Source: an uncultured bacterium | GTDB taxonomy: Bacteria; Chloroflexota; UBA5177; JANWHV01 | Assembly: GCA_963827235.1 (NCBI GenBank) | Contig: CAWHAE010000014.1 | Location: forward strand, 192,001-256,000 | DNA: 64,000 nucleotides | Reading direction: 5' to 3' | Part shown: piece by piece, positions 1 through 10,346 of the stretch | Layout of the letters: every line of letters starts with the position of its first letter | Numbering within the stretch: the first letter of the stretch is position 1 | Translations under genes and position numbers: made by a program | Notes under the pieces: generated by a model | The model's database searches: none | What the model saw: the letters and a program-made list of their open reading frames with translations, nothing else | Told to the model about the DNA's origin: nothing

Positions 1-213
1 CTCCTGGTCGCAGTGGCAGGGGTCTCGATCCCCTCGGCGGCGGCGATCGCCATACTCCTCCGGGCCAGCGACCCGATTGCAAAACTGCTCATCGTGGCCG
101 GCCTTGCCGCGTGGCACAGGGCAGGGCTAGTGATCTCTGCCGACGCCCGTTACGCCGACTACGCTCTCCGCTCCAGCGAGGCGGAAGCCACTCAGTCCGA
201 GCGAGTTGCCTGA
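1..213 (+). CDS. 3' end of a membrane protein (possibly flippase-like / lysylphosphatidylglycerol synthase TM domain), truncated by window edge
   Basis: Open frame from base 1 encoding hydrophobic helices LLVAVAGVSIPSAAAIAILLR...LLIVAGLAAW; stop at 213; co-oriented with the next gene. Confidence 0.4.
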   Translation, partial: LLVAVAGVSIPSAAAIAILLRASDPIAKLLIVAGLAAWHRAGLVISADARYADYALRSSEAEATQSERVA

Positions 214-307
214 GCCGGCTCGGCCTCTATCCGCGCCAGTGCTCCACACGCTCTTCCCCCTTGGGCGATAGCCGCCGATACTTACTCCTAGGACTAGCAG
301 GAGGACC

Positions 308-1840
308 ATGGGCGGCAAGCACGAGGCCGTGGAAGCGGTCGAGGCACTGTTGCGCTCGAGCGGTATCGACGTCTCGAAAGGCTCGCCAGGCAGAGCCAGG
401 CGCACCGGACGGGCGCGCAGCCTCGTTGCTCGCGTGAGGCGGTGGCTGCTGCTTCGCATCGCTCACTTGGCGCTGTGCGTGTGCCTTGCCGCGGTGATGG
501 TCGGCTCATGGTCGACCGGCGGCGCTGGAGACCCGATCTTTCCACCCACGGCGCCGCCCGGCGCATTGAGAGTTGGGACTGTCGATCCAAGATTCGGAGT
601 CGTGCAGGCGTACGACGCGCCTGCCCAGGCGGCGCTCCTGCCCATCGGCTGGGAGCGCATGCCGTTCTGGTGGAAGGAGCTCCAGAAGACCGGCCCGGAT
701 TCATGGGATCCCTTTGCTACCGACCACGACCGCATCATCGATCAGGAGCTCAGCCATGGGCGGACAATCGTGGGCCTGCTGATCAACACGCCGGATTGGG
801 CGGCTGCCGATCCCGCCTTGCACGGTGCCTCGCCCCCGAAGGGACTGTATCAGCCGTACGACAGCGCCCAGAACTACTGGGGTCACTTCGTTGGGCTGAT
901 CGCGAAGCGGTACGCGGGCCGCATTGACGACTGGATCATCTGGAACGAGGTCAACATTCCCAGCGGCCACTGGAAGACGTGGGGAGGCACAGCCGCCGAT
1001 TACGCGCAGCTCCTGAAAGTGGCCTACCGGGCCGCCAAGGCCGCCAATCCGCGCGCGCGCATTGTCCTGGCGGGCGATCCCTATTGGTATGACCATGGAG
1101 CCTTCTTCAGCGGTCTACTCGCTACGCTGGCCCGGGATCCGGCGGCGCGATCCAACCACGACTTCTTCGACGCAGCCAACCTGCACCTCTACAGTCGGCC
1201 TAGCGACATCGTCACCGTCGTGAGCTGGTACCGGTCGGCGATGGCCAGGGCAGGCATCGACAAGCCGATATGGATCTCGGAGATGAACGCCATCCCGTAC
1301 GACGATACGGTCCGCACGTACCCTCGCGGCAACTACCGGACTACCGTGGACGACCAGGCGTCGTACATCCTGCAGGCATTTGCCCTCGCTCTTGCGGAGG
1401 GAGTACAGCGTATCGAAGTCAACCGCATGGTCGATGGCACCGACTTCAAGGCGGGAGGCGAGCCCTTCGGGCTCGTCCGAAACGACGGCAGCGCGCGGCC
1501 GGCATTCTATGCGTACAGGACCGCGGCCATGCTGTTCGCGGGTGCGACGGGCGGTATGGCCGGTTACGACGCGCTGGACGGCGTGTACACCGTGACGCTG
1601 CACAGCCCCGGCGCCCGCGTGACGATCGTATGGGACCAGCATCCGGCGGCGGTCGCGATTGCACTCTCTGCGCCTGCCGGCGCCGAAGCGTTCGACAAGT
1701 TTGGCCAGCGATTGCCGCTGGTCGTTCGTGGCGGCATCACGCGCGTCGACCTGACCGGCTCAACGGGTAACACGAACTCGGCCAACCCCAAGGACTACGT
1801 CATCGGCGGCAACCCCGTCGTCGTCGTGATGCCCGGCTGA
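308..1840 (+). CDS. Membrane-anchored/secreted clan GH-A glycoside hydrolase (GH39/GH5-like)
   Basis: GGAGG RBS before ATG; N-terminal TM segment; WNEVN acid/base and WISEMN nucleophile motifs. Confidence 0.75.
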   Translation: MGGKHEAVEAVEALLRSSGIDVSKGSPGRARRTGRARSLVARVRRWLLLRIAHLALCVCLAAVMVGSWSTGGAGDPIFPPTAPPGALRVGTVDPRFGVVQAYDAPAQAALLPIGWERMPFWWKELQKTGPDSWDPFATDHDRIIDQELSHGRTIVGLLINTPDWAAADPALHGASPPKGLYQPYDSAQNYWGHFVGLIAKRYAGRIDDWIIWNEVNIPSGHWKTWGGTAADYAQLLKVAYRAAKAANPRARIVLAGDPYWYDHGAFFSGLLATLARDPAARSNHDFFDAANLHLYSRPSDIVTVVSWYRSAMARAGIDKPIWISEMNAIPYDDTVRTYPRGNYRTTVDDQASYILQAFALALAEGVQRIEVNRMVDGTDFKAGGEPFGLVRNDGSARPAFYAYRTAAMLFAGATGGMAGYDALDGVYTVTLHSPGARVTIVWDQHPAAVAIALSAPAGAEAFDKFGQRLPLVVRGGITRVDLTGSTGNTNSANPKDYVIGGNPVVVVMPG

Positions 1841-2020
1841 GCCCGTGCTGTCCGATCGGCCCTGCCGGTCGCGCCGGATCTGGGTGACGCTCGGCATGCC
1901 ACGCCTCTGCCTAACGACCGTGGTGCCCTGTCGCCTCGCCGCGTACGATCGTCAACTGAAGGCGCGGTGCAGCGATACAGGGAGGTATCGCAAGCGGCCT
2001 GAGGGAGTTGAGGCAGAGCG

Positions 2021-2389
2021 ATGATGGCCGTACCCGTCCAGTTGCTGATCGTCGACGAACATGCACAGGTTCGACAGGCGATCGCGCAGAGGCTGCGCCG
2101 CCTGCCGGGGGCGATCATTCTTGGCGCCGTGTCGGACGTGGCCACCGCCGTACCGTTGGTACGAACTCTACGCCCGGACGTCGTGCTGTTCGAGCCCAAG
2201 ACGTCGGATGGCAGACGCCGGCACGGCCTGGAGCCACTCCTCAACGCCGGCAGCCCCGTCGTGGTGTGGACCTCCTCTCTGGAGGACGACGAGGCTGACG
2301 GCTACCTGCGCGCCGGGGCGAGCGCAGTTCTGCTCAAGAACACCAACATGCCGGAGTTGATCCGGACACTGGCCTCCATCGAGGCTTGA
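2021..2389 (+). CDS. Stand-alone atypical response-regulator receiver domain
   Basis: LLIVDEH...PDVVLFEPK...VVWTS...LLK receiver pattern; phospho-Asp position is Glu. Confidence 0.75.
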   Translation: MMAVPVQLLIVDEHAQVRQAIAQRLRRLPGAIILGAVSDVATAVPLVRTLRPDVVLFEPKTSDGRRRHGLEPLLNAGSPVVVWTSSLEDDEADGYLRAGASAVLLKNTNMPELIRTLASIEA

Positions 2390-2578
2390 CGACGCCGGTA
2401 GTTGCGACCCCGGCCCCGTTCAAGCCTCGCGTTAGGGGCCGTTTGGGGCGCGGCGCATGCCCGAACGGCACATCTCTTCAGAGCAAACTCCTATTTGCGC
2501 GATCGTGGCCGGGGCTTACGCTGGTGCCAGAGCCCGGACCGCCAGGGATTGTAGAGCGCACTAGGAACAGGCACGAGA

Positions 2579-2974
2579 ATGGGAGACACGACGGCATTGC
2601 GGTTCGATGCCAGGGCGACGTCGATCATCGCTGAACACCACGGCCAGTGGCTGCATAAGGTCCTGCGACTGGATATCGACCGCACGTATGGCCGCGGCGG
2701 GCCATACTATCTGGTACGGCTTCGCTGGACCATGCGCACGCGGGTAGAGAAGGACCCGGGGCTTGTCTGCACCAGCGGACCCTGCGGAGTGCACGTCTTC
2801 ATCGAGCGCCGTCTCTGGAGATACCTGGCCTGGCATCCGCTGCGAGTGCACGGGTTCGCGTTCGGCCCGTTCAGGCACCTGGTGCCGGAGGCCGGGCCGT
2901 GTTTCATCGACGACTTGCGAGCATGGGAGGCGACGCACCCCACGGTCGGTCTCACCGGCTCACCGGCAGCCTGA
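2579..2974 (+). CDS. Hypothetical protein
   Basis: 131-aa ORF with protein-like composition filling the gap before a convergent gene; no family recognised. Confidence 0.55.
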   Translation: MGDTTALRFDARATSIIAEHHGQWLHKVLRLDIDRTYGRGGPYYLVRLRWTMRTRVEKDPGLVCTSGPCGVHVFIERRLWRYLAWHPLRVHGFAFGPFRHLVPEAGPCFIDDLRAWEATHPTVGLTGSPAA

Positions 2975-3078
2975 TCCGCCGGCCGAGCGAGCCGGTCCAG
3001 CCGGAGCAACCGACAACCAGACGCAGCCGGCAGATTGCTCTCCCAGCTGCGCCAGAAGTTGTCAGGAAGTATCCGGCC

Positions 3079-4626
3079 CTAAGCAGGCGCGACCTCGATC
3101 GCTTCGCCCAGGTCGTGCTCGATCTGCGCCATCTCTTCTGCCGTACCCTGGATGCGCGGACCTGTAAACCAGTAGCGCACGCTGGCGACATACCAGATGA
3201 CCAGAAGCGCCGTCACGCCCAGTACGACGATCGGCGTGTAGTTGAGCGTCGACCAGGAGATCGGACGATAGGTCGGCAACATGAAAAGTACTGTGATGAA
3301 CGCCACCCAGGCGATGGCGATCACGTTGATTGCGTTGCTCCACCGGCCCAGGTGCCAGATTCCCGGCACAAACGAGCTGCCGGCGCGCCAGCGAAGATAC
3401 ACCGGGATGATATAGGCGACGTAGAGCCCGATCACGGCGATTGACGTCGCGGCACCGTAGGCGACCGCGCTCCAGAGCGACGGCAGTGCAAGTGCCCAGG
3501 ACAGCATCGCGCCAGCCACGATGGCGTTCACGGGCGTGCGGGTGCTCTTGTTCAGCGAGTGCCAGAGCCCGGACAACGGCAGCGCACCGTCCCGCGAGAA
3601 GGCGTAGATCATGCGCGAGTTGCTCGTCACGCTGGACATACCGCAGTAGAACTGCGCTACTACCGCGAGGGCGAGCAACAGGGTGCCGAGCCGAGTCCCG
3701 AGGGCGCTGTTGAGCACCTGGCCAACTGCGTTCGTATTTCCTGCCAGCACGTTGAATCGCGCCAGGTCATTCGCGGCCGGGATTGACGGGATGGCGACGA
3801 CCAACGCCATGAGGAGCAGGTAGCCTGCAATGGCGGAGACCACGACGCTCATCACGATGCCCCAAGGAGCGCGAGTATCCGCGCCTATAGTCTCCTCGCT
3901 CATGTGTGCTGATGCGTCGAATCCGGTCAACGTGTACTGCGCCAGCAGCAAGCCGAGCAGAAAGCCGTACCAGGAAGAGAAGCCGCTGGTGGTAAAACCG
4001 GTAGAAAATGCGGTGCTGAACGAGTGCGCCGGCGCCTTCACGATCAGGAAGAGCACCAGCAGTCCCGTTACCGCTATATGCCACCAGACGCTCACGTCGT
4101 TGAGGAGCGCAACCAGCCGCACGCCGAGTGCATTCATGAAGGCATGCAGGGCCAGCACGACCGTGAAGGTGATCATGATCGCGTTGGCGCTCTGGGGCGT
4201 TCCCCACCAGGTGTTCATCAGGATGTTGACAAAGGTCGCGCAGCCGTAGTCGATTGCCGTGGTCACGGCAATCTGGCCTATCAGGTTGAACCAGCCGGTG
4301 AACCAGCCCCAGCCGGCGCCACCCAGTTTGGATGACCAGTAGTAGAGGCCGCCCGCCGTCGGGTATGCGGAGGCAAGCTCGGCCATGGACAGCGCCACCA
4401 TGAGCGAGAACACGCTCACAATCGGCCATCCAATGGACGCGCTCGCCGGTCCGGCCCAGCCCATGCCCAGGAAGAATGAGGTGAGGCAGCCGCTCAGGAT
4501 GGAAATGATGGTGAAGGAGATCGCGAAGTTCGAAAAGCCGCCCATGGCGCGAAACAGCTCTTGCGCGTATCCCATGCGGTGCAGGCGCTGCATGTCCCGC
4601 TGAATCAACTGGTCTCTCGTCGCCAT
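3079..4626 (-). CDS. APC-family amino acid/polyamine permease
   Basis: About 12 TM helices; GFSNFAISF, ELASAYPTAGGLYYW, GFDASAHMSEET motifs; GGGGAG RBS (alternative TTG start at 4632). Confidence 0.9.
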   Translation of the reverse strand: MATRDQLIQRDMQRLHRMGYAQELFRAMGGFSNFAISFTIISILSGCLTSFFLGMGWAGPASASIGWPIVSVFSLMVALSMAELASAYPTAGGLYYWSSKLGGAGWGWFTGWFNLIGQIAVTTAIDYGCATFVNILMNTWWGTPQSANAIMITFTVVLALHAFMNALGVRLVALLNDVSVWWHIAVTGLLVLFLIVKAPAHSFSTAFSTGFTTSGFSSWYGFLLGLLLAQYTLTGFDASAHMSEETIGADTRAPWGIVMSVVVSAIAGYLLLMALVVAIPSIPAANDLARFNVLAGNTNAVGQVLNSALGTRLGTLLLALAVVAQFYCGMSSVTSNSRMIYAFSRDGALPLSGLWHSLNKSTRTPVNAIVAGAMLSWALALPSLWSAVAYGAATSIAVIGLYVAYIIPVYLRWRAGSSFVPGIWHLGRWSNAINVIAIAWVAFITVLFMLPTYRPISWSTLNYTPIVVLGVTALLVIWYVASVRYWFTGPRIQGTAEEMAQIEHDLGEAIEVAPA

Positions 4627-4638
4627 CTTCAAGCTCCC

Positions 4639-5403
4639 CTAGAAGTAATTGGACGTGATGCCGCCGTCGACCACGATTACCGCACCGGTGGTCCAGGATG
4701 ATTCGTCGCTGGCCAGGTACAGTCCCAGATACACGATGTCCTCGGCAGTGCCGAAGCGCCCAAGAGGGATGCGATTGAGTCGAAGGTTTCGTGCCTCTTC
4801 GCTCGTCCAGAGGCGCCGAAGCATCGGCGTCTCGATCGGACCAGGGCAGATCGCGTTCGCCCTGATGCCCTGCTTGGCGAACTGCACGGCTAGCGACTTC
4901 GTCAGGGCAATCAGGCCGCCTTTACTCATCGTGTAGACGTCCTGGGGTACTGAGCAGCCGAGCAGGGCCACAAAGGAGGCAATGTTGACAATCGAGCCTC
5001 CTCCCGACGCGATCATGTGCGGAATAGCGTGCTTGCAGGCGAATCCGGCCCCTTTGAGATTGACGTCCATCACGAGCGCGAACGTCTGGTCGCTCATGTC
5101 TACAATGGATGCGTCCTCGTTGGGCATCACGCCGGCGTTGTTGTAAAGGACGTGGAGGGCGCCATATCGCTCCCACGCCTGGTCCATGAGACGCTTCACC
5201 TCCCCGTCCGACGCCATGGTCACTTGCGCGAAGAACGACTCTCCGCCGGCGGCCGCTATCTGCGCTACCGTTTGCTCTCCGCCGGCCGCGGAGACGTCTG
5301 CCACCACGACCTTCGCACCCTCGCTCGCGAACAGCAGAGCGGCAACTCGGCCCATGCCGCCTCCGGCACCTGTGACTACCGCGACCTTGTCACGTAACCT
5401 CAT
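4639..5403 (-). CDS. SDR family oxidoreductase
   Basis: TGAGGGMG, NNAG, YTMSK catalytic motif. Confidence 0.9.
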   Translation of the reverse strand: MRLRDKVAVVTGAGGGMGRVAALLFASEGAKVVVADVSAAGGEQTVAQIAAAGGESFFAQVTMASDGEVKRLMDQAWERYGALHVLYNNAGVMPNEDASIVDMSDQTFALVMDVNLKGAGFACKHAIPHMIASGGGSIVNIASFVALLGCSVPQDVYTMSKGGLIALTKSLAVQFAKQGIRANAICPGPIETPMLRRLWTSEEARNLRLNRIPLGRFGTAEDIVYLGLYLASDESSWTTGAVIVVDGGITSNYF

Positions 5404-6765
5404 TCACACCATCTCCAGGTACCGCTCGAGCTGCCAGCGATCGACGACTCGGTTGTATTGCTCGACCTCCCAACGACGCATGGCCACGAAGTGGTCGACG
5501 AACGCCGGGCCAAAGTACTCCACCGCGGCTTCGCTGGCCGCGAACCGTTCCACCGCCTCATTGAGGGTGCGGTTGAGAGGCGGCGCAGCCCCGGCCGATA
5601 GGTCATAGGCGTTGCCGCGCGCAGCCGGAGGCAGGGCGAGGCGGTGCTCGATGCCGTACAGACCCGCGGCTACCGAGGCGGCCATGGCCAGGTAAGGATT
5701 GGCGTCCGCGCCCGGTACGCGGTTCTCCACTCGCGTGGATTTCGAGCTCCCGGGAACCATTCTGAGCGCGGTCGTGCGTGTCTCAATGCCCCAAGTCACG
5801 CCCGTCGGCGCCCACGTGCCGGCCTGATACCGCTTATACGAGTTGATGTTCGAGGCGTAGAGCACCTGGAACTCCGGCAGCAACCGCAAGACTCCTGCCG
5901 CGTAGTGCCTGGCCAGCTCGGACAGGCGGTGATCTCCGTCCGCGTCGTAGAAGAGATTGCGCTCGCCGCCGGACGACCACAAGCTCTGATGCAAGTGACC
6001 GCTGCTTCCATCCTCGCGGTCGCTCCACTTGGCCATAAACGATGCGGTCAGACCGGCCTGGCCGCACATCTCTTTGACGCCATTGCGAAAGAGCATGGCT
6101 TGGTCGGCTGCTGCGATTCCCTCGGCGTGGGCCAGGTTCATCTCGTACATGCCGGGGCCATGCTCCCGGTTGTAGCCCTCTATCTGCAGCCCGTGGTCCT
6201 GCATCATCCTTCTGATGCGAGCCAGAATGTCGTCGTCGCCCGTGGCCCGGTGGATGCTGTAGCAGCTGTTGGTCGGACTGAGCGGCTCGAGGTTCTGCCA
6301 TCCCTTCGCCCGGAGACTGCGCTGATCCTCGCGAAAGATGCGGAACTCAAGCTCCAGCGCCAGGCGCGTTGTGTAGCCGAGTGCCCCCGCCCGCTCGAGC
6401 ACGCGCTGCAGGACGTAACGCGGCGAAATCGCGGTTGGACGACCGTGTTCGTCCAGGTAGTCGCAGATCACCGATGCTACACCGACCTCCCAGGGCACAT
6501 AGCGGAAGGTCGTCAGGTCGGGGCGCGCGATGACGTCGGGGTACCCCGTCTCCCAGCCGGTGAACTTGAGATCCGGCACGAGCTCTTCCGCGATGTCCCA
6601 GCCAAAGATCACGTCGCACTGGGCAAAACCGTCCTTCAAGCCATCCAGAAATAGCTGGGCAGGCACTCGTTTCCCACGGTATACTCCGTCGAGATCGGGA
6701 CCGCCCAGCTTGATGGTGTCCACGAATCGCTCGGCGATCAGTGCGCGTAGCTCCGGGTCAGTCAT
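5404..6765 (-). CDS. Glutamine synthetase-like protein (gamma-glutamyl-amine/polyamine synthetase, PuuA/GlnA4-like)
   Basis: ELEF, EHGPGMYE, FMAK, GSSGHLHQSL, NSYKR, RVENRVPGADANPYL; start placed at MTDPEL. Confidence 0.88.
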   Translation of the reverse strand: MTDPELRALIAERFVDTIKLGGPDLDGVYRGKRVPAQLFLDGLKDGFAQCDVIFGWDIAEELVPDLKFTGWETGYPDVIARPDLTTFRYVPWEVGVASVICDYLDEHGRPTAISPRYVLQRVLERAGALGYTTRLALELEFRIFREDQRSLRAKGWQNLEPLSPTNSCYSIHRATGDDDILARIRRMMQDHGLQIEGYNREHGPGMYEMNLAHAEGIAAADQAMLFRNGVKEMCGQAGLTASFMAKWSDREDGSSGHLHQSLWSSGGERNLFYDADGDHRLSELARHYAAGVLRLLPEFQVLYASNINSYKRYQAGTWAPTGVTWGIETRTTALRMVPGSSKSTRVENRVPGADANPYLAMAASVAAGLYGIEHRLALPPAARGNAYDLSAGAAPPLNRTLNEAVERFAASEAAVEYFGPAFVDHFVAMRRWEVEQYNRVVDRWQLERYLEMV

Positions 6766-6923
6766 TACACATACCTGCCGCCGCCCTCCGCCGCGCTTGT
6801 CGCCCGATCCGGGCATTTCGGTTTGCCCGAGATTTGCCGGGGAATAGACAGTATTTACTGCATCAAGTACCTTTCGACCAGAATATGTGTCGGGAGGATA
6901 AAGATCAAGAGGCGGACTCAACG

Positions 6924-7688
6924 ATGAACGGAGTATTCTCGCGTTCGTTTGAGGGAGACAGATCGGTCAGGCTTCTGTGTATCGAATTCGAGCCGGACGC
7001 CGGACTCGCTCGCCTGGCGGCACATTTTGCCTCTGCTGGTGCGGCCGCGGACGTCCTGCGTCTGCACGCGGGCGAGCATCTGCCGCCTCTCGACCGATAT
7101 CACGGTATGGTCGTGCTCGGCGGAGCCATGAATGCCGAAGACGACGAGCGTTTTCCTTTTCTGAGCGACGTAACCGCGCTACTTCGGCAGGCGGCCGACC
7201 GGGGATTGCCGGTCCTAGGTATATGTCTCGGCGGCCAGTTGCTGGCCCGCGCTCTGGGCGCTCGGGTCTGGCGCAAGGAGCGTATGGAGCTCGGCTACTT
7301 TCGCATTCGTTTGACGGCGGCCGGTCGCGCCGATAGGCTGTTCGCAGGCATTTCCGGCGAGCCGCTTGCTCTTCAGTGGCACGAGGATGCCTTCGATGTG
7401 CCTGCCGGGGCCGTGCTGTTGGCCGACTCGGATCGCGATTCCGCCCAGGCATTCAGATTCGGTGACTGCTACGGGCTGCAGTTCCATCCCGAGGTCACCG
7501 TGGAGAGCGTATCCGGCTGGTGCGACACGAGCCGATCGGATCTCGGCGCAGCGGCCACACCCACCACTCGGGAGTCGCTGCGGCGGCGAGCCCGCGAGGT
7601 CGAGGCCGAGTTCGCCGGCCAGACAGCTTGCATGTGCGAAAACTGGCTTGGTATGGTAACGGAAGCGGCGCGCGGGGCCGTACATTGA
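6924..7688 (+). CDS. Type 1 glutamine amidotransferase (possible gamma-glutamyl hydrolase)
   Basis: LGICLGGQ nucleophile elbow, QWHED, LQFHPE; divergent from the GS-like gene; start uncertain. Confidence 0.85.
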   Translation: MNGVFSRSFEGDRSVRLLCIEFEPDAGLARLAAHFASAGAAADVLRLHAGEHLPPLDRYHGMVVLGGAMNAEDDERFPFLSDVTALLRQAADRGLPVLGICLGGQLLARALGARVWRKERMELGYFRIRLTAAGRADRLFAGISGEPLALQWHEDAFDVPAGAVLLADSDRDSAQAFRFGDCYGLQFHPEVTVESVSGWCDTSRSDLGAAATPTTRESLRRRAREVEAEFAGQTACMCENWLGMVTEAARGAVH

Positions 7689-7745
7689 ACGAGCCATCGC
7701 CGCTGCTTCGCTCCGCCTGCTACACTACCGACATACAGTGAAGCC

Positions 7746-9506
7746 GTGCAGCGGCTTGTGACGCCGGTATCGGCGGCGTGGCACGAACCCGACTTCGGGC
7801 GGAGATGCCGAAGCGAGGTCGCGGAAGACACGTCCGGTAGAACCCGCTCAGACTGCCGAATAGTGGCGCCGTGGTGGGCCTTGGTCGAGAAGACTCTGCG
7901 CGAAGCAACCGCCGGACCTACGCGTTCGAATGCTCGGACCCCGTTGGTTAGGGCAAGCGGCATCCTGTTGCATCCGACGTCGCTTCCTGGGCCGTACGGT
8001 ATCGGCGACCTGGGCCCGGCTGCCGACCGATTCGTCGATTTCCTGGCCGATGCCGGTCAGACGTATTGGCAGATACTGCCCCTGGGCCCCACCGGCTTCG
8101 GCGATTCGCCATACCAGACCTTTTCCGCCTTCGCGGGCAACCCGATGCTGATCAGTCCGGACGCGCTCCAGTCAGAGGGCCTGCTGCCGGCCGGCGCGCT
8201 GGACGAGGCGCCGGTGTTTCCCGACGAGCGCGTCGATTATGGTGCGGTGATCCCCTGGAAGCGGCAGATCCTGGAGCGCGCCTACGCGCACTTCCTGTCC
8301 TCAGCGGACGACGATCTTCGTCGGGAGGTACGTGAGTTCGCCGCCGAAAACTCGTGGATTGCTCCGTTCGCGTTGTTCATGGCGCTCAAGGAGGCGCACG
8401 AGGGCAGGCCATGGCCGAAGTGGGAGCCTTCTATTGCATCGCGAACACCGGCAGCTCTGGAACGTTGGCAAAGGCGGCTGGCGCAGCGGACGCAGAGCCA
8501 TGTCTACAGTCAGTATCTGTTCTTCAGGCAGTGGAAGCGTGTCAGACAGTATGCCCACGCCCGCGGCGTGCGCATCATCGGCGACGCGCCCATCTTCGTG
8601 GCCCACGATAGCGCCGACTGCTGGGTGCACCGCGAGCTCTTTCACCTCAGGCGCGACGGGCGACCGGCCCTGGTGGCCGGCGTGCCGCCCGACTACTTCA
8701 GTGCCACGGGACAGTTGTGGGGCAACCCGCTCTACCGGTGGGAAGCCCTCGAATCGCAGGGTTACCGCTGGTGGATCGAGCGATTGCGCTCGGCCCTTGG
8801 GACGGTCGACATACTCCGCCTCGATCACTTCCGCGGCTTCGCCGGTTACTGGGCGATCCCGGGCAACGCTCCGACGGCGCAGACCGGTAAGTGGCTGCCG
8901 GGACCGGGTGTACCCTTCTTCACCGCCGTGGAGAAGGCGCTGGGTTCGCTTCCGATTATTGCCGAGGATCTGGGCGTCATCACGCCCGACGTCGTGGAGC
9001 TGCGGGAGCGGTTCGGCTTTCCAGGCATGCGCGTACTGCAGTTTGCCTTCGACGACTTCGAGGCTTCGGCGGATAACCCGCATCTGCCGCATAACCTCGA
9101 GCGCAACGTCGTGGTGTACACCGGTACACATGACAACGATACGACTGCAGGGTGGTACGCGGCATCTCCGGCCAGGACCAGGCGGTTCGCGCGCGCCTAT
9201 GCGCGGTCCACGCGCAGAGATCCGGCAGCGGTTACATGGGACCTGGTGCGGCTGGCCATGGCCTCCGTAGCCCATACCGCGGTCGTTCCCCTGCAGGATC
9301 TGCTGGGCCTGGGAAGCAGCGCCCGCATGAACCTGCCCGGCCAGGCAGGCGGCAACTGGCAATGGCGCCTCCACGCGGATGCCTTGTCCACGGGTGTGTC
9401 TCAACGACTCGCTGAGCTGACTCGGCTGTACGGCCGCGCTCCGGCGACGATCGGCGTGGCTGCGAAGGTTGCCCACGGGCAACGCGGTCCCGCCACGCCC
9501 GGCTAG
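7746..9506 (+). CDS. malQ: 4-alpha-glucanotransferase (amylomaltase, GH77)
   Basis: RASGILLHPTSLP, WQILPLGPTG, GQLWGNPLY, RLDHFRGF, IAEDLG, YTGTHDNDT; true start may be TTG at 7944. Confidence 0.95.
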   Translation: MQRLVTPVSAAWHEPDFGRRCRSEVAEDTSGRTRSDCRIVAPWWALVEKTLREATAGPTRSNARTPLVRASGILLHPTSLPGPYGIGDLGPAADRFVDFLADAGQTYWQILPLGPTGFGDSPYQTFSAFAGNPMLISPDALQSEGLLPAGALDEAPVFPDERVDYGAVIPWKRQILERAYAHFLSSADDDLRREVREFAAENSWIAPFALFMALKEAHEGRPWPKWEPSIASRTPAALERWQRRLAQRTQSHVYSQYLFFRQWKRVRQYAHARGVRIIGDAPIFVAHDSADCWVHRELFHLRRDGRPALVAGVPPDYFSATGQLWGNPLYRWEALESQGYRWWIERLRSALGTVDILRLDHFRGFAGYWAIPGNAPTAQTGKWLPGPGVPFFTAVEKALGSLPIIAEDLGVITPDVVELRERFGFPGMRVLQFAFDDFEASADNPHLPHNLERNVVVYTGTHDNDTTAGWYAASPARTRRFARAYARSTRRDPAAVTWDLVRLAMASVAHTAVVPLQDLLGLGSSARMNLPGQAGGNWQWRLHADALSTGVSQRLAELTRLYGRAPATIGVAAKVAHGQRGPATPG

Positions 9507-9610
9507 CAGGCCATCAAGCCGCGTCGTCTGCTGCGGGTAGACTGCCCGCGACCGGGATATCGGCCCAAGAGCCTGTATGTGCCGGAAGCAGGAGGGCGCG
9601 GACCGCGACA

Positions 9611-10000
9611 TCAGGGTCTACCGCTCAGGCAGGCCTGCACCAAGCTGTCGAGCTGATCCAGGTCGAATGGTTTCAGCAGCAACGCGGTTGCCCCTGCCCT
9701 TCGCGCAACGGTCGGATTGACGGCGGTCATGAGGATGACGGGGATGGGCGCGCGCTGCTTGTCGACGGCGTCGTTCCGCAGTGCCGCGATGAGGTCGGCG
9801 CCCGACAGGTTGGGCATCATCAGATCGGTGATTATGAGCACGGGCTCGACGCTGCGCGCCAGCTCGAGCGCCTCCCTGCCGTCTCTCGCCACGATGGCGT
9901 GGTAACCTGCGTCCTCGATCACGGCCGCCACCACGGTAGCAATCGGCACGTCGTCCTCGGCAATGACGACGGAATGTTTCAGCTCCTGTTGCCCCTTCAA
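9611..10000 (-). CDS. Single-domain response regulator (CheY-like)
   Basis: IAEDD, ITDLMMP (phospho-Asp), MTA, LLKPFD. Confidence 0.9.
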   Translation of the reverse strand: MKGQQELKHSVVIAEDDVPIATVVAAVIEDAGYHAIVARDGREALELARSVEPVLIITDLMMPNLSGADLIAALRNDAVDKQRAPIPVILMTAVNPTVARRAGATALLLKPFDLDQLDSLVQACLSGRP

Positions 10001-10346
10001 CTCACACCTACAGCCGGGCTTGCAGCATTATACGTGCGCTGCGTCGGCCGCATCGACTGCGGGTCGGCCACTTGCCCTCAGCCATGAAGTCGCTTTCAGG
10101 AGCCATCCCCACCGGAATCCAGCACTCGCCGGGTCTCCTATCTCACAGAGATAATAGTAATCGCACCGGCGTTAGCGCGCTCCAGTGCTCTCTGGGCCCA
10201 TGGGCGTCTTGGCTTTGCCCGAGAGCTACGTGTGCCGAGCCGTCGGCAGCACCGATAGTGGAGCACCGAAACACTGTCGACAGGCCAGAACCGCCTTCTC
10301 ACCTGCCCGCCGCGCGGGCGGTACATTAACCCCAGGAGGTGGCCAC

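Noticed and set aside
8301-9611. 436-aa minus-strand ORF
   Set aside because: Antisense shadow of malQ
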